DNA of 64,000 bases from Catajapyx aquilonaris (lineage: Eukaryota), in the NCBI GenBank assembly GCA_000934665.2, contig KZ537984.1, forward strand, positions 62,001-126,000, written 5' to 3'. The position numbers were made by a program, and so were the translations under genes. Within the stretch, counting starts at the first letter, position 1; the number at the start of each line of letters is the position of its first letter. The notes under the pieces were generated by a model, which saw only the letters and a list, made by a program, of their open reading frames with translations, was not told where the DNA came from and did not search any database. Below, piece by piece: positions 27,303-41,200 of this stretch.

Positions 27303-29679
27303 GTTGAATGTTGGATAACTGACTAAATGATGTCCCACGACCCAGTGCACATGCTTTTATGCTCTTCAGGATGCACGTGCATTTACGAAATCGGGGGTGG
27401 TGGTGTGGAAGAGGGGGTGACTTTTCATCCCATGTGCCAAAGAAATGGTGGCATAACCTCATCTTCATGATGAGATGATCTTCAGCAGATTTTTTCTATG
27501 AGCATCAGCAGACACATCCGGATATTTCCAGTATTGATGGGAAAGGTTAGCATATTTTCAGATGACCTCTAGGAGTTGGCGCCAGATAAGAAGAGGATAT
27601 AATATTTTTATTATGGTAATGAATGTGGCTTGGTTGTGCACAGCATAAGTCAATATAAGTCAATGAAGTGTTGGTTTAGGCTAATTTTATCCTGCACAGT
27701 TAGAGGTGGAGATCCAGATGATTATCATAACTGTACCATGTGTGTGTCACATGCATTATATGCATAACATCAGCGAATGGACAGATGCTCATATCCTTAT
27801 GAAATCTAGGATTTCGTTAGATTAAGAAGTTATCGTAAGAACGTCTGTGTACGTGTGACACTGTCCTTTCACAACAGTTTGGCAACAGTTTGGCAAGATA
27901 TGCATGTTTATGCCAGATGCCCTTATCTCACCATCATGATCATGAAAAAAACATATTTACAACTCACATTCTGTGAATGCCAAAGAGCATGTACATCTTT
28001 TCTTGTCTGCTAAAGTTACTCAATACATCTGACGTCTACTTCTCCAGAAGTGACCTAATTAATAAATAATCTGAACTGATTAATTTGCAAGAAGCGAAAT
28101 GTGTCTTTGCATCAATTCAAATTAATAAGGAATTAATGAAAATTATGTTTGGTTATGCATTGTGAATACCTAAACATAATAAGATATGTACCCTCATTTT
28201 CTTTCATGTGTTTACAATACCTAGAGTCAATAAAATGGATTCTAACTTCAGATGTTAGCTATCCTCTCTCATATGGCTCACAAGAGAAGTACCTCTGTGT
28301 TACACTTCCTGATTTTGAAAAGCCCAGTCTAAACACATAGGCTACCGGTACTTCAGATACTGATATGCCCTTAGGATAAAGTGTTGATTTCAATGCATGT
28401 AAAGCCCCTATAAATAATATGGGCTTCCTCTCATCTTGCATCTGGCCTAGCGATAGGGACCACATTGTGTTTGAGATCTCTTACATCGTTTCATCCTTTA
28501 CTAGCACTACCAGTAATAAGAGATGGAGGACCCCTCTTCCCCAATCCATACTGTCCTTCTTCACTTCGCATTTTTCTTGGCTATTTTTTTATACAATGGC
28601 AAGATCTTCTATTATTTAATAATGATCATGGATCTGACATGTAACTAGTAATATTTGTAAGCCCTATGCAGTAACAGCCTTTGTCACAATGACAAAATGA
28701 AGGAGCAGATATTCAGAGTAACTTTGACAATCCTTACAGTAGCATACAACAAATAAGAGGAGTGAATGACCTGCATAATTTATTTGACTCAACATTATTT
28801 GTTATTGCTGTTAAGTTGGGCTCAAAAGTGTTGGGTGTGAAAATGTAATGGTACCTCTTTTCTCAAGATGTGCACAATCAAAATATTGAAGTTCCATGCA
28901 ATGTCTGAAATCCAGTGGCCCTTTATTTTGACACCAATTTTATTGAGAGCTCCACCTATGAGGGTCAGACACTTTGCAGCTTATGGCAATAATGTCCTAC
29001 CATTTTATCTAGAGTTTACTGAACCTTAGCAGAAGAGTCAGCGCCAGATAAAAATAACTGCGCAGCCCTTCTTCACCAGAAAAACTGGGCATGCGGCATA
29101 TGCCAAAATGATGGTACAGCACGTGCATTTTGACACACATTGGTAAAGTGAGCATTTCTGAAATGCATCTGCTTCTGGAGTTGACCTTTCCACATAAACA
29201 CTACAAGACTTATGTAGTACATGATTTTCAGAGTCCAAAAGTTCACTTCAATGTTTAAAAAAACAACTCTCAAGATCAGCAAATGTTACCCCTGAGGTTA
29301 TCTGCTGCATAAAAAATACCAGCAGGCCCTAGGATATCGCAAGATGTCAATGATCATAAACCAGGAATAATTTTCTTTGTTACATTCTCAAATAATTTAT
29401 CTACTCTTTCTGTTTCATAAGAATTAGACTGTGCATGAGAAAAATTTCCTTGGAACAAAGCAAGCTTTCGTCTGTGTTTCAATGATTATTCCTCACTTGC
29501 ACTTAGAGTGAAACATTCACATGACAAATGGTTTTTTTTTTCTTCGAAATGTTCAGGAAGTGAAAAAAAGTTTCCATCAACTAAACTACCGTATTTCAAA
29601 CATTTTGGGGGAAGCTGTCAGATGGGTGTCTAATGTGCTTTAAAGAATGTCTCATGAAACATCACTTACCTCGCCTATT

Positions 29680-29974
29680 TTTTAATATTTTTAAATATCT
29701 TACCCTGTTATCAGCCTTTTTCGGCTCTTTAGGGGGGAGTTTTGTTTTGTCTGGAACTCTTGCGTACATTTTTACTTCGCTTTTTGGGATAGGATAGGGA
29801 AGGAAGGAGGCGGCTGTGGCCTATTAATTTAGGAAACAACTCCGGAATTCTCCTGGAGGGACCGTGGGAAACCACAGAAAACCACGGTTAGAGTTGCCGG
29901 CCCCGGGGCTCAAACCCAGGACCTCCCAATTAGCAGTCGGACCCTATAGCCACTCCACCACACTGCTTCGGTAA
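29680..29974 (-). mobile_element. tRNA-derived SINE, family A, copy 2
   Basis: Reverse complement aligns with 18071-18376 (head ACCGAAGCAG.., CCGACTGCTAA, GGAGGTCCTGG, GGCCACAGCCGCCTCCTTCCTTCCC). 12-bp TSD ACCTCGCCTATT at 29668-29679 and 29975-29986. Confidence 0.9.
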
Positions 29975-31467
29975 ACCTCGCCTATTAGTATTACGGGTAG
30001 TTGTGAGGGCAATGATATTTAATTACTCCCCAAATCTGTCTGGAAAATACCTAATCTCATCCAGACACAATCCATTACATGGCATAATTATGAGAAAACA
30101 TTAATAGACTGCAAATCAGGAAAGTGCTTCCCAGCAACTGACATAACAGCTAGTGATAGTAAATCCAGAACAAGCGATGAAATAATAATTATGTGCATTG
30201 CATGGATATTAAACCACTTGTTTTGGAATCGCTACTGAAACTACTGTAGTTACTTGTAAATTTTGATATCTGACTAAACACGACTTAGAAAATACTTTTG
30301 AACCAAAATCTGTCTATGATGAGCAAGCGGAATCCAAAATTGGGATTTACATCATATTATTCAAACATATTACTATCCACCTATCATGCTGGCAGCACTT
30401 AAAATGCTGAAAAGCTGCTGGTAGGTTAATCCAATGTAATATTCTGAAACATGTCAGGTGGTCACATTCTTTGTGAGTTGTGTTCAATATCATATCAGAT
30501 AATATTCTCTATACATCCCCTTAATTGAATTTAGGTAACATGTTTTTAAGATAATAACCTAGGCTTCTGACGCATCCACTATCAGGAAAAAATAAATACT
30601 TCAAAAAAACTTTCCCGCTGGGAAAAAATACCAGAGTGAGTGTTACTTTTAATGTAAAGACACAGTGATTTACAACACCTTTGGTGTGCCAACTTGTACT
30701 CGGCACAATGGCAGTCATGCTTACTGCTGTGATAAAAATCTACAAATATGGCAATGGGAATTATGGCTAGTGATGACCAGGCTCGCACAGGAGCTACAGG
30801 CTTGTTTTAAAATTGAGTGGGAAGAAAGTAGAGCAGATTGGGCACACTCCCTAGATTGACCCCCTCGTTAAGAGCCACATTTCTAGCAAGTGAAGGTAGG
30901 TTCCAAGAAAATGGGTGGTAGAAACATCCTATTAATTTACAGATGACAGAAAAGTTTAAAATCCACAAACAGAAACTTTCACTTTCTGGTTTACTTTCCG
31001 GTAGAAGGCTCCAAGATTACAGAAATAAAAGTGTGGATGTTCCAGTGCATAGAACGCCCTTCCAGCTAGTGTTTATTTATTTATTGTTGACAGACATGAA
31101 GAGTGGGAGTAAGCAAAATATCACACAAGCCCACACATTCTCTTAGAATATCATCCTGTGAATTCTGTCGCCCAACTCATGAACTAAACTGAGGTGTGCA
31201 AAAGCAGAACATTTTCTGCACCACTGTCCAATATGCACACCTGTGTTGTTCAAGAAATACTTGGATACTACCCCATCCACATTGTCTTGCATAGAATTGT
31301 CAAGAAAAAAAGGACAGAGGACACATTTTAAATGTGTTTACTCTCTACCCTCTCATTTGTAAATAAAGCTTTAACTCTGCCTACATCTCGTGGCCCACTT
31401 CTAACATTACGCTACATCGAAGTTGATAACCACAATTACATGTATAAAAATGCAATCCACCATGCAC

Positions 31468-33636
31468 CTACTTGGAGCACCCTTCAACATCCAACCCATG
31501 GAAAGTCTGCAAATGCTCAGACAAATCCTCCAGCAACACAAATGTATTGCTACACTGATCACAACCCAATGCTACAGGAACCTCTGCTCCAACTTCAACT
31601 TGAGACACAGTAGTGCCCAAACCAACTCTGACTCCGTCCAAGTCGTCATCTGACATAGCCTCTTCTACAAGACCAACCTCAGCTAGACTCTGATCTGACA
31701 CTCGTACAGGTCGCCCAAAATCAGTCTCTGCTTCTGGTGGTGTTATGTCCAGCACTCCTCCAGAAACATCAAGAGAGACAAACACATCAGGCAGTAAGGG
31801 TGTTAGTTCAGATCCCGGAAGGAGAACCAGGTTTGAGACTGTCTTTCCATCGGGGCCAACCAGCTGGACAAGTTGTCCAACTGGCTCTTCATAATCCTCC
31901 CATGCAACACAGTCAGGAGCTGTAGTGGCAACTGGCTCCTTTCGCTCAATCCGAACCATCCTTTTGGAGGTGGATGCAGCCTCCTTGCTGCGTGCTTCTC
32001 TCTCACTGCGGCGCTGGTGAGACTCCAGGTGCTTCAGAAGTGACTGACGGTCAAAGAAGGGTTTCTGGCATATGTAGCACTCAAAATTCTTGGAGCCTAC
32101 ATGGCGCTTGCGATGGGCATACCAATTCGATTTGAATCCGGTGCGGTACCCACATATGGTGCATTCAAATGGTTTGTTACCTAAGGAGAAAATAAAGAAA
32201 AAGAAATATTAACTTGAAATGTTTACCTTTTTTATCAGTTTAAAAAATACCTCTTTCTCCATTGGATTACAAAATATGACTCTAACTTAGCTCAAAAAGT
32301 ATGCACTCATTGTTGTAAATTCCAACAACCCACCTGAATGCAGGTTAGCATGGTAGACCAAATGCCTCTTAAGCCGGAAGCACTTCCCACATTCGGTGCA
32401 CTGGTAAGGCCTTTCTCCAGTGTGCACCTTTGCATGAGCATTTAGATGTGAGACAGTGAGGTAGGAGCGTCCACAGTCCAGGCATTGGTGAGGCCTTAAA
32501 CCAGAGTGTGATCGCTGGTGCTTCTCCATGTATGACTTGGTCTTGAAACGTTGTCCGCACACCCCACACTCATGTGGTTTCTCATCCAAATGACTGCGAT
32601 AGTGGGAGCGCATGTACGATTCATTAGGAAACATCTTTGGACATCCAGGCTCCAGGCACTTCACAGTCTTGTCAGTGTGGACAGCAGACAGGTGGCACTT
32701 CAATGAGTGCTTGTCTGAAAAGATTCACAACAAATGAATTCACTCAAGGTCTTGCAAGCAGAGTGTCATTCAAAAATTGGACCTCTCCACATCTCCAAGT
32801 ATGAAGTAAATTTGATCTCTCACAATATCTCTCTCATCAACCAACCGTCATACTGTATGATTACATCTGGGTTGAGCACCCAACATAAATATGAGCCTGT
32901 GTAAGATTCACACCTCTCATCTTCTTGTCACATATGGGGCAGGGAAGTAACTTTTCCCGGGACATCTTGTGAACCCTTTTAATGTGAACTTCCAGTGAGG
33001 ACTTGTGTGCAATTTGTTTCTGGCATATTGGGCAGTGGTGATCTTTAACAGCCTTGTGTACCAATTGATGGTTCTTCAGTGATCTGAAAAGGCATGGAAT
33101 AATTGTATAACAAAGGATATCACTCAGAAAAAAAAGGCAATTTTTCTGAACCCACTTGGGAATGTAGAAACATTTCCCACACTCCTCACACTTAAAGTTC
33201 TTCTCTTGTATGTGCTTGGTGATGATGTGGTGCTTCCGAGACACTCTGCTGCTCAACCTCAGGCCACAAACCTCACATTGGTACTTTTTGGCTGCAAATA
33301 GATTACATTGTGAAGTCATCGTTGCCACATTGCCAGTTATAACGTATGTGCTTTACATTCATCCTGTCCATCATCTGTCGATTTGCAGGAAATCACATCA
33401 TTGGCTGTTCTGCTGGCAACCGAATCTCTGCAAGTAAAGTTTACATAATTACGCTGCGATTACCATGCAACTTCATGACTTTTTCCAGCGAAGGTCACAT
33501 ACTTGGAAGCTTTCAAAATTCCAGAGACAGAATTGTCACATTCTTTATCGTTACTCTTCATATCAGTGGTGCTATCACAATCAGAATAATCAGACATTTC
33601 ATCCGGTTCATCCGCTAGTTCCTCCTTCATATCCAT
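31468..33636 (-). CDS. C2H2 zinc-finger protein (about 11 fingers, acidic N-terminus)
   Basis: Exons 33636-33503, 33427-33357, 33291-33156, 33083-32914, 32714-32334 and 32180-31468. Ten clustered C2H2 fingers with HTGERPY/DEKPH/SGNKPF linkers plus one isolated C-terminal finger (CDQC..HLQTFH). Start codon and first two exons are less certain. Confidence 0.85.
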
Positions 33637-34059
33637 GGCTCTTGTCGCCCTGGAATAATAATCCAATGTACAATCATAAATTGCAGACTAAAATTATGCA
33701 GTTGTTATTGTTCTGCCAGGCTTGCAATTAATTTCATCGATGCAACTATTTCAATTATTCTGACTCTACATCGCCTCAAATTATGCCTGAAAATTATATT
33801 GTCCTTTACCATGTGATAAAATTGTACATTATTTGAGCCATAAATGCAACACAAAGTTACTATTAGGATTGAAAAAAATAAGCCAAACATCAACCGCATT
33901 TTTTCTACCCATGACGTGCACCATTCACGCCATTTTTATCATAAAGTGTGAACAACATTGACGTAAATTATTTACCAAAAATATCCGGACGACACAGAAG
34001 AACTGGCCTCTTCTCTTTTATATTGCCCAAGAAAAGAGGCTTCTCTTCAACTAAATTTC

Positions 34060-34800
34060 ATCGACTGGAGGACGCCATTTTGTAGCGACAGGGTTGCAAG
34101 GCTAACAGAGTGGTTAGTGTAATAATAAATGTAATTGTCAGCATAATGACGGTACTAGCAAAATTTCATTGTGTCTTCAAATGAGATTGAAATAAATTAT
34201 AATATGTGATTAAGTTTCGCTTTAATGTGGCACCTTTCCCCCGGTAGATTTTGAAATTTCATTAATCTAATCAGCGAGGAAATGTTGCTTAAAATTTTGT
34301 GTGTGTGTCCTCCATACCATGCATACTTCAAACGTGACATAACAGCTGCACTGGTAGCTAAAAAAATGTAATTTGAAAAGCACTTCTCATCAGTAAAAAA
34401 GAACAGTAATTTCAATCCTTCAAAGGAGAGGAACAGCTGATGGTACAATAGCGTACAATCTTTTATTACACAAGTATATGTACATTACCCAGTGGAATTA
34501 ATCATCTTTTGTTATCATATACGAGTACATACAAATTAGTGCTGACCTTAAGTTTATGCTGAACATATACGTACATATGGCAAAAACACCTGCATTTACC
34601 CCACGATGAATAACCAGGGCCAGCCATATTATTGATCTATGCAAAAACTGCAGACGTTGAATGTAATATTAATCAGCGTCGGTTGCGAAAATAAGTGTGC
34701 CAAAAGGGCGTCAACGGCCCTGGCTGCTTGCATAATTTTCCCGCCCAATCTGGACGCCACACGTGACATAAAAAATAATTACGTGACAGCTGGCGCCACG
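34060..34800. promoter_or_regulatory. Divergent promoter region between the zinc-finger gene and Su(var)3-9
   Basis: E2F site TTTTCCCGCC (34736-34745) overlapping a CCAAT, E-box CACGTGAC near 34759, YY1-like AAAATGGCG on the minus strand near 34073-34081. Locally CpG-rich. Confidence 0.5.
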
Positions 34801-35245
34801 ATGCGGCCAAAATATTCAAACGAATTTCGGCGGTGTCCGTTTGGCTGCCACTCCTGGAATTAAGGGCAAGACCACTTAATCCCCCCTGTTGGACACTCAG
34901 GTCATCCTTATTGAGGGTCACATAAGGTCAGTGGTGTTCCCTATTATGTCTAATGCAAGTTTGGTTGTGGCTGCTGTGCTGCACGGGCATGAGTATTTTA
35001 AAGTAGGTTGACTCCCGATTTGTTTATTTCCAGGCCTGTTTAGCCGCGTTCTGACCTGGGCTTTCGAGCCTGTTTCGAGCTTTCGAGGCTTCTAGGGTTC
35101 TTTCCGTCCTTCGCGGGTGTTCCTTCTGGTGCTGTACCCGCGGGATGGTCCTGCCTGCTCCCGGAGGGTCGAAGGCACAGGGGCCTGGGAGACGGTGACA
35201 CGGAGGAAGGAGGAAGGACTGGGCCCAGGGGCGAGAGAGGTGCGT

Positions 35246-38200
35246 ATGGGTGGGGCGAAGAAGATGGGTGGGTTCCATGGCGTTCCATTTAAGATAATTG
35301 GACATGTTTTGCAAGGAAAAGGTCCAGCTAGGACTGTCCCGAGTAGTTCAGGGGAATGCAAAGAATGTAAGTGAAACACCCCGTGACCTGATTACTTGCA
35401 ACGCACTTCATGATTTGTTATTAGGAATAGCTTGCACTCAAACACATTTCTGTTGCAATTATGGATGCCCTACAAAATGCTTCACCCTGCTCCTGATGAG
35501 ATGGCATATGTGCATTGATTATTTGAAGGAAGACTGGTGTCACTTGTATGGCACAAAGCAAACTGTCTGTTGTCCTGACCTATTCAATTGCAAAATTATG
35601 TTGTTCTGGCATTTCTGTGTTTAGTAAGCAAATACTCAAATAGGTTTGGACTGGGCTCAGTTTTCTCAGTGCTGTGCAAATGACCTCATTCTGTTTGCTC
35701 AAAATTACCAATGTATGAGCCATGCCATTAAGAATTGATCAAGTTGGTTGAGTATCAACAGAATCTATTTTTGTTGACATGAAGAGTCAGACTATCAACA
35801 TGCTGGGTTAGGGATACTGTGCGTAGCAACTGAATAGCAGATTTTGACCAGTTTTGCAGGCACCGAATGATCACTGTGAATCCTATGATCAAGAGGTGTC
35901 TGGACCGGATACTACTTAAGGCATGGATTGAAACTGCTGGCACAGGAAGATGGTATCCATACCTCCTATTGGTATGAGTCAGAATCTTCGTGCACATACC
36001 ACGGCCACAGCCACAGGCATTCCAAGATGGCGTGCTCCATATCTCACGTGTCCAAGAGGGATCAACGCATTGTCGTTCAATTTTTGCTGGTCGAAGGCAA
36101 TACACCGGAGCAAATTTATCGGAGGACTCGCTTTGCGAGGTGGGGGGCCTTCGGCGCAAATTGGTCCGTTCCTGCGCAGGTCCTCATCGGTCTCCGTAAC
36201 TCTCCGAGGCCCGATGCAGGTGCACCCGGCTGCCCCACACTTACCCGACTCTCCGATGTGACCAGAGCAAGTATTTTTACGCAAAAATTGGTCGGAGCGG
36301 GGTGGCATCCGTTTACAGAACTCGTGACGTCATTGCTAAAGGTGTGGAGTGTCAGAACGCGCCGTAGCTGACGTATTGTGAAAGAAGGCACTGAGGTGGG
36401 ATTAGAGTGGTGCAGATTGTCAGTGGTGGGGGAAGGGAGCGCCGGAGAGGGGCTATTGTTCTCCGGCGGCTTAATGATGAGCAGATGGGCAGGGTTGCAG
36501 CTGCATAAGTTGACTTTTGGCCATCTCCAAAATGGATGGGAATTTTGCGATTATGAGGATTTTTGGCATTGCTAAACCGGAGGCGAGAAATCCAATGGAG
36601 CTTTGACCAGCGTTCTACGACCTCAGGAAGTGCGAAATCTTTTCCATCCTCCTCCTATATCCACCTCGGATAGGGGCTTTATATACAATCTTGACTTGAC
36701 TTGATGCTTCTCGTATACAGCAGCAACTGCATGGGAAAGACAACAGTATGGGAATTATTCCGGAAATTCCGAGATGGCAGACAATCCACGGATGATCCTC
36801 CCTTATCAGCTTGTCCACATGCGCAATGATGGCAGGCGTGATTGCATGCCGAGCCTGGCCAGGTCGGGGAAGGTTGTCTGTGGATTCTCTGCCATTTCGG
36901 AATTTCCTGAACCATTCCCATATGGTTGTCTTTCCCATGCAGTTGCTACCGCATAGTTGCATACGGGAAGCATCCTCCTATAAATTTGCTCCAGTGTATT
37001 GCCTTCAACCAGCAAAAATTTAACGACAATGCGTTGATCCCTCTTGGACACGTGAGATAGGGAGCACGCCATCTTGGAATGCCTGTGGCTGTGGCATGCG
37101 CGCGAAGATTCTGACTCATGCCAATAGGAGGTATGGATACCATCTTCCTGTGCCAGCAGTTTCATATCCATGCCCGAAGTAGTCCGGTCCAGACACCATA
37201 TCCGGGTTTCATTTTATCCGCCCTGGTATAAATGGGCGATTCATTCCACATCAACTCAACTCATTAAAAACAGTGTTTGACATGACTTCCTCGGATTGAG
37301 GTGAATTTTTTCGATCTGTGGTTGGTTGAATCCACAGGTTCCATATCCATGGATGAGGTGAGTCGACTGTACGGTGTCTGGACTCGTACTTTCCTCCACC
37401 ACAACTATCATAAAGTGCCCATATTTACTATTAGTGGTGGCTTCATTTAACATTTCTCCTGTGAGCTTCCGTACTTGTAAGTACCAACCAAGGCCATGAT
37501 AGCGGGAACATTTATTGACATTATTCGTCTCTCCAATCAGTAGCCAAAGTACCTAAGACATGATTAGGTGATAGGGGAGGAAGCTACCTTGGACAATATA
37601 TTGAAGATTATTTCTGAGTTCTTTGCCATTATTGTCCCCGATTTTACCAAAAATAAAACAAAACAATCCAATGCAATCGCATTTTCTCTAAGACAACCCT
37701 TTTCTTTATGACGTGATCACAGGTATCTTATCATGCTAGATGCCATTGTTATTCCATGTTGGCTGCAATATTGGTAGCCACAACCAGTGGACCAGGAATA
37801 ACAATTGAATGAAATAACATAAAATTTATGGCAAGATAGAGTTGGTCCAAGATAAGTCTGCAGGACTTTTGCTCCCCACTTTCTGCCAACTATCCCTACT
37901 TTCCCAACGAGTTCATTATGTGCTGCATTTGTTTATAAATTGTGTCACTATTCATTACAACAAATGATTTTCCTGTAGTTATTCTGTGGATTAATGGAGT
38001 AAGTAGTAAAAATACCTGTTAAAGCAACCCTCCATGCATGCTCTCCTTCCCCGAGGCGGAACAGGTAACCTTCATGGCACACCATCTTGTGCTGGGCAAA
38101 CTGTATGTGAACTACATCCATGGCATGTAGATGGCCAAGTGGTCTCGCACAGGACCTGTATGCTACAATAGCAAGAATACCACTGTAACTATGCACTTCC

Positions 38201-41200
38201 GCTAATGAAACATCTTGTGAGATAGATATACCTTCTGTTCACACGTTTGGCATAAGTTTATGAAGTTAAAATATTATTTCAGAACTGAGGGGTGAGATGC
38301 CAAGTGACTCGATGGATCTCCCAGTTGGTGAGTAGGTCAAAGAGATGGATAGTACATGTTGCCTGTCTTCTGTACTTGCTTCAACATCACTGCATTTCTA
38401 TGTGTGATTTTTCTATTCTTCCTCCTTGGCTCTTGCCCCACATAATGCTTTCTGCATAAGGTCTGCAAGGTTTAATCAAAATGATAATAATGATAAAAAG
38501 AAGCAAATAAAACAGGCAGGAAAAACTTCCGAAAGCTATTCTTCCTCTGGGTGAGATCAAAAGTAAGAAACAAGTCAATTAATTGGTTGGGGTTGGTCCA
38601 TCTCATGGGGATGGGTGAAATTCAATTGTAATAAAAAAAATTCGAGCCTTGGAGTCTGGAAGAATTAGGCAGATTAAGCTATTTGAGGGGTGTTGTGGAA
38701 AAGCATGATAACTGACAAAGATGTAATTTTTCAGGAGAGCAAATTGAAGTTTGCATTTTCTTAACAAATCATAGGGATGCTGTTTTGATCTAGTCCGTGT
38801 GGCAGTCTCGTGCATGATACGTGATCTTGGAATATACCAAACTGTTTGTCGTGTCTTATATGTAGTTGCTACGTGTTTAGGTCAAAAATGACAAATATGT
38901 TAGTTATCATGTTTTTCTACCACACCCCTCATTTTATACTCCTTCAACTATCGTACTCTCCCTAATTTTTCCTGACTCCAAGGCTCGAATATTTTAAATT
39001 ACAATTAAATTTCACCCATCCCCATGAGACAGACCAACCCCAACCAATTGACTTGTTTCTTACTTTTGATCTCACCCAGAGGAAGAATAGTTTTCGGAAG
39101 TTTTTCCTGCCTGTTTTATCTGTCAAGGCAGATCTGTAGAGCCTCTGTGGAGGAATGTAGTCACCTCGTATGTTGAATACATGTGAACATCTGTCAGATA
39201 TGTCACTTTGTTCCATCTGCCTGTCTCCTTGCCTTATCTGGCACAGATGCTTTTTGCAAGTGCATGGAATTGGATGCTTAGAATACGTATTCTATGGCAA
39301 GGATGAGGGACTTCATCCTGAATCGCTATTGGTAGCACTTTTATTAGGTTCTGTGTAACTTGGCTCATCAACAAGTAAACTGGGATTGCAAAAAGGATGT
39401 GATCAACCAAGATATAGGGGTCCATATATTGGACATTTGTAATTTTAAAAATATCAGCTGTCTACAAGAAACATTTGGAACATATGGGAAATTTTATTTT
39501 TAACATAAATTAGAGTAATATTTCAAGTCAGGTGAATTTTCTCAACCATCGAAAATCAAATTACCCACATTGTTATAAAATCCTGGTGACACTAGCACTC
39601 GTAGCAGAGAATGAGGGTAAACAGGCTTAAGAGTATAAAGAAACAAACTGGCTGCTACCAGTGAGGTAGTCGGTGTTGTCCAAACAGGTGTGTTTCGATT
39701 TTGCCCTGAGCTGACTCTGGCCCAGGTGCTGAGGTCCTTGGGGACGAAGGAATAGATGGGGATGAAGCAATGGGATGGGGTCAGCGGAGAGGGTAAAAGC
39801 AGGAGGACGTTACCATACAACTCTACCACTCAGTTTGAGCCATACTAAGATGGTGTGTGAGATGGGTTTTCAACTAGTTCAGCAATGCCGAATGTAGCTA
39901 TGATCGAAGTACTGTGTTAGTGACAACTGTTGATTGTGGAACATGTCCAACTTCAATCCAGAGGTCTGACTGGATATGTAATCATATTTTTAAACTGAAG
40001 ATGTGCTTGTTACCAGTGATGTAAAATTTTGTAAGCTCACTTTGCTAAAGGGTCTTTCCCTTTCTTTTAAGTGTTCATAAATGATTTTGGGCCAGGAAGT
40101 AGATTTTTAAGTTAATGGTTTATTTCATTTTTACTCACAGCAAATGGATCTGCAACTTTGAAGATAGTACAAAATGAAGGTAGGCTTAATGGCCATGCCA
40201 ACTACCTGCATGGATGCAGAAACCAGTCTCCACAGCCATTTAGACATGAACAAGGGGACGGGAGAGGTAGCCGCAGGGGTAGCGGCAGCAGCAGCAGCGG
40301 GGTTAGCAGTGGAGGAAGTTTTGACCTAAAGCCCATTGACATGTCAGCCGTTGCCTTAGAAGAGGTTGTAGAGCAGGAAGCATTGAAACAGACTGAGGGT
40401 GATGTACATTGGATGGAGGAGGATGGCGAAGCATCGGAATCTGAAAGGGCTTCAATATCTGTCAAGAGGAAGGCTGAGGAAGTTAGCGACCCTGAAACAA
40501 GCGACAGTGACAGTGAAGAGAACAATGAAGATCGAGCTCAAGATGAATATGAAGTCGAGTGTATCTTGGACTACGCGAAGGAAGGGGTGTGTTTTTTAAT
40601 GCTTTATGTAAAAGTGTAGATTTAGTTTTTGTTAGGGGAGCATGATGAATTCATCCTGGACGCTTAGCCTAGGCATTTAAAAATTCAGTTTGATTCATAA
40701 GGTTATGCTCAAATTAGCACTAAATTGACAGGTTCTTTTTGCCCATTCCTGGTAGGGGAGCACTGTTTAAAACTTCTGATCTATGAGATTGACTAGTTGG
40801 AGAAAGGTGATTCATAGAATCCCTCTCCTTGGAGCAAAACTTACCTGATGATTTTCTTATGACATTCATTACCAGTATATCTTTCCTGCCACTTAACTGC
40901 GCTGGCTACGATAAACTGACCGGAAATCATGGAACTTGGGCAAAAGACAAGAAGTGCAAGCAAGTACCACTTGCTCTGGACTCTACCACTTATATCCAAT
41001 TTCCACTTGCACAATATGTTGCCAAATATTTGGCATACACGTCACAGATACATGATTCGTAGTATTACTTCTGAATGGTTTTGGTCCTTTCAGGAGCACA
41101 AAAAATACTCTGCAAAAAAACTGAACATGGTTCTGAAGAAATAGATGCGTAATAGGCCCCAAAAGTTCCGAAATTGCTTCAAAAAGTTCAAAAACTAACC

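Noticed and set aside
40642..40780. Possible intronic C/D snoRNA (ATGATGA ... CTGA)
   Set aside because: No terminal stem and no recognisable rRNA antisense element.
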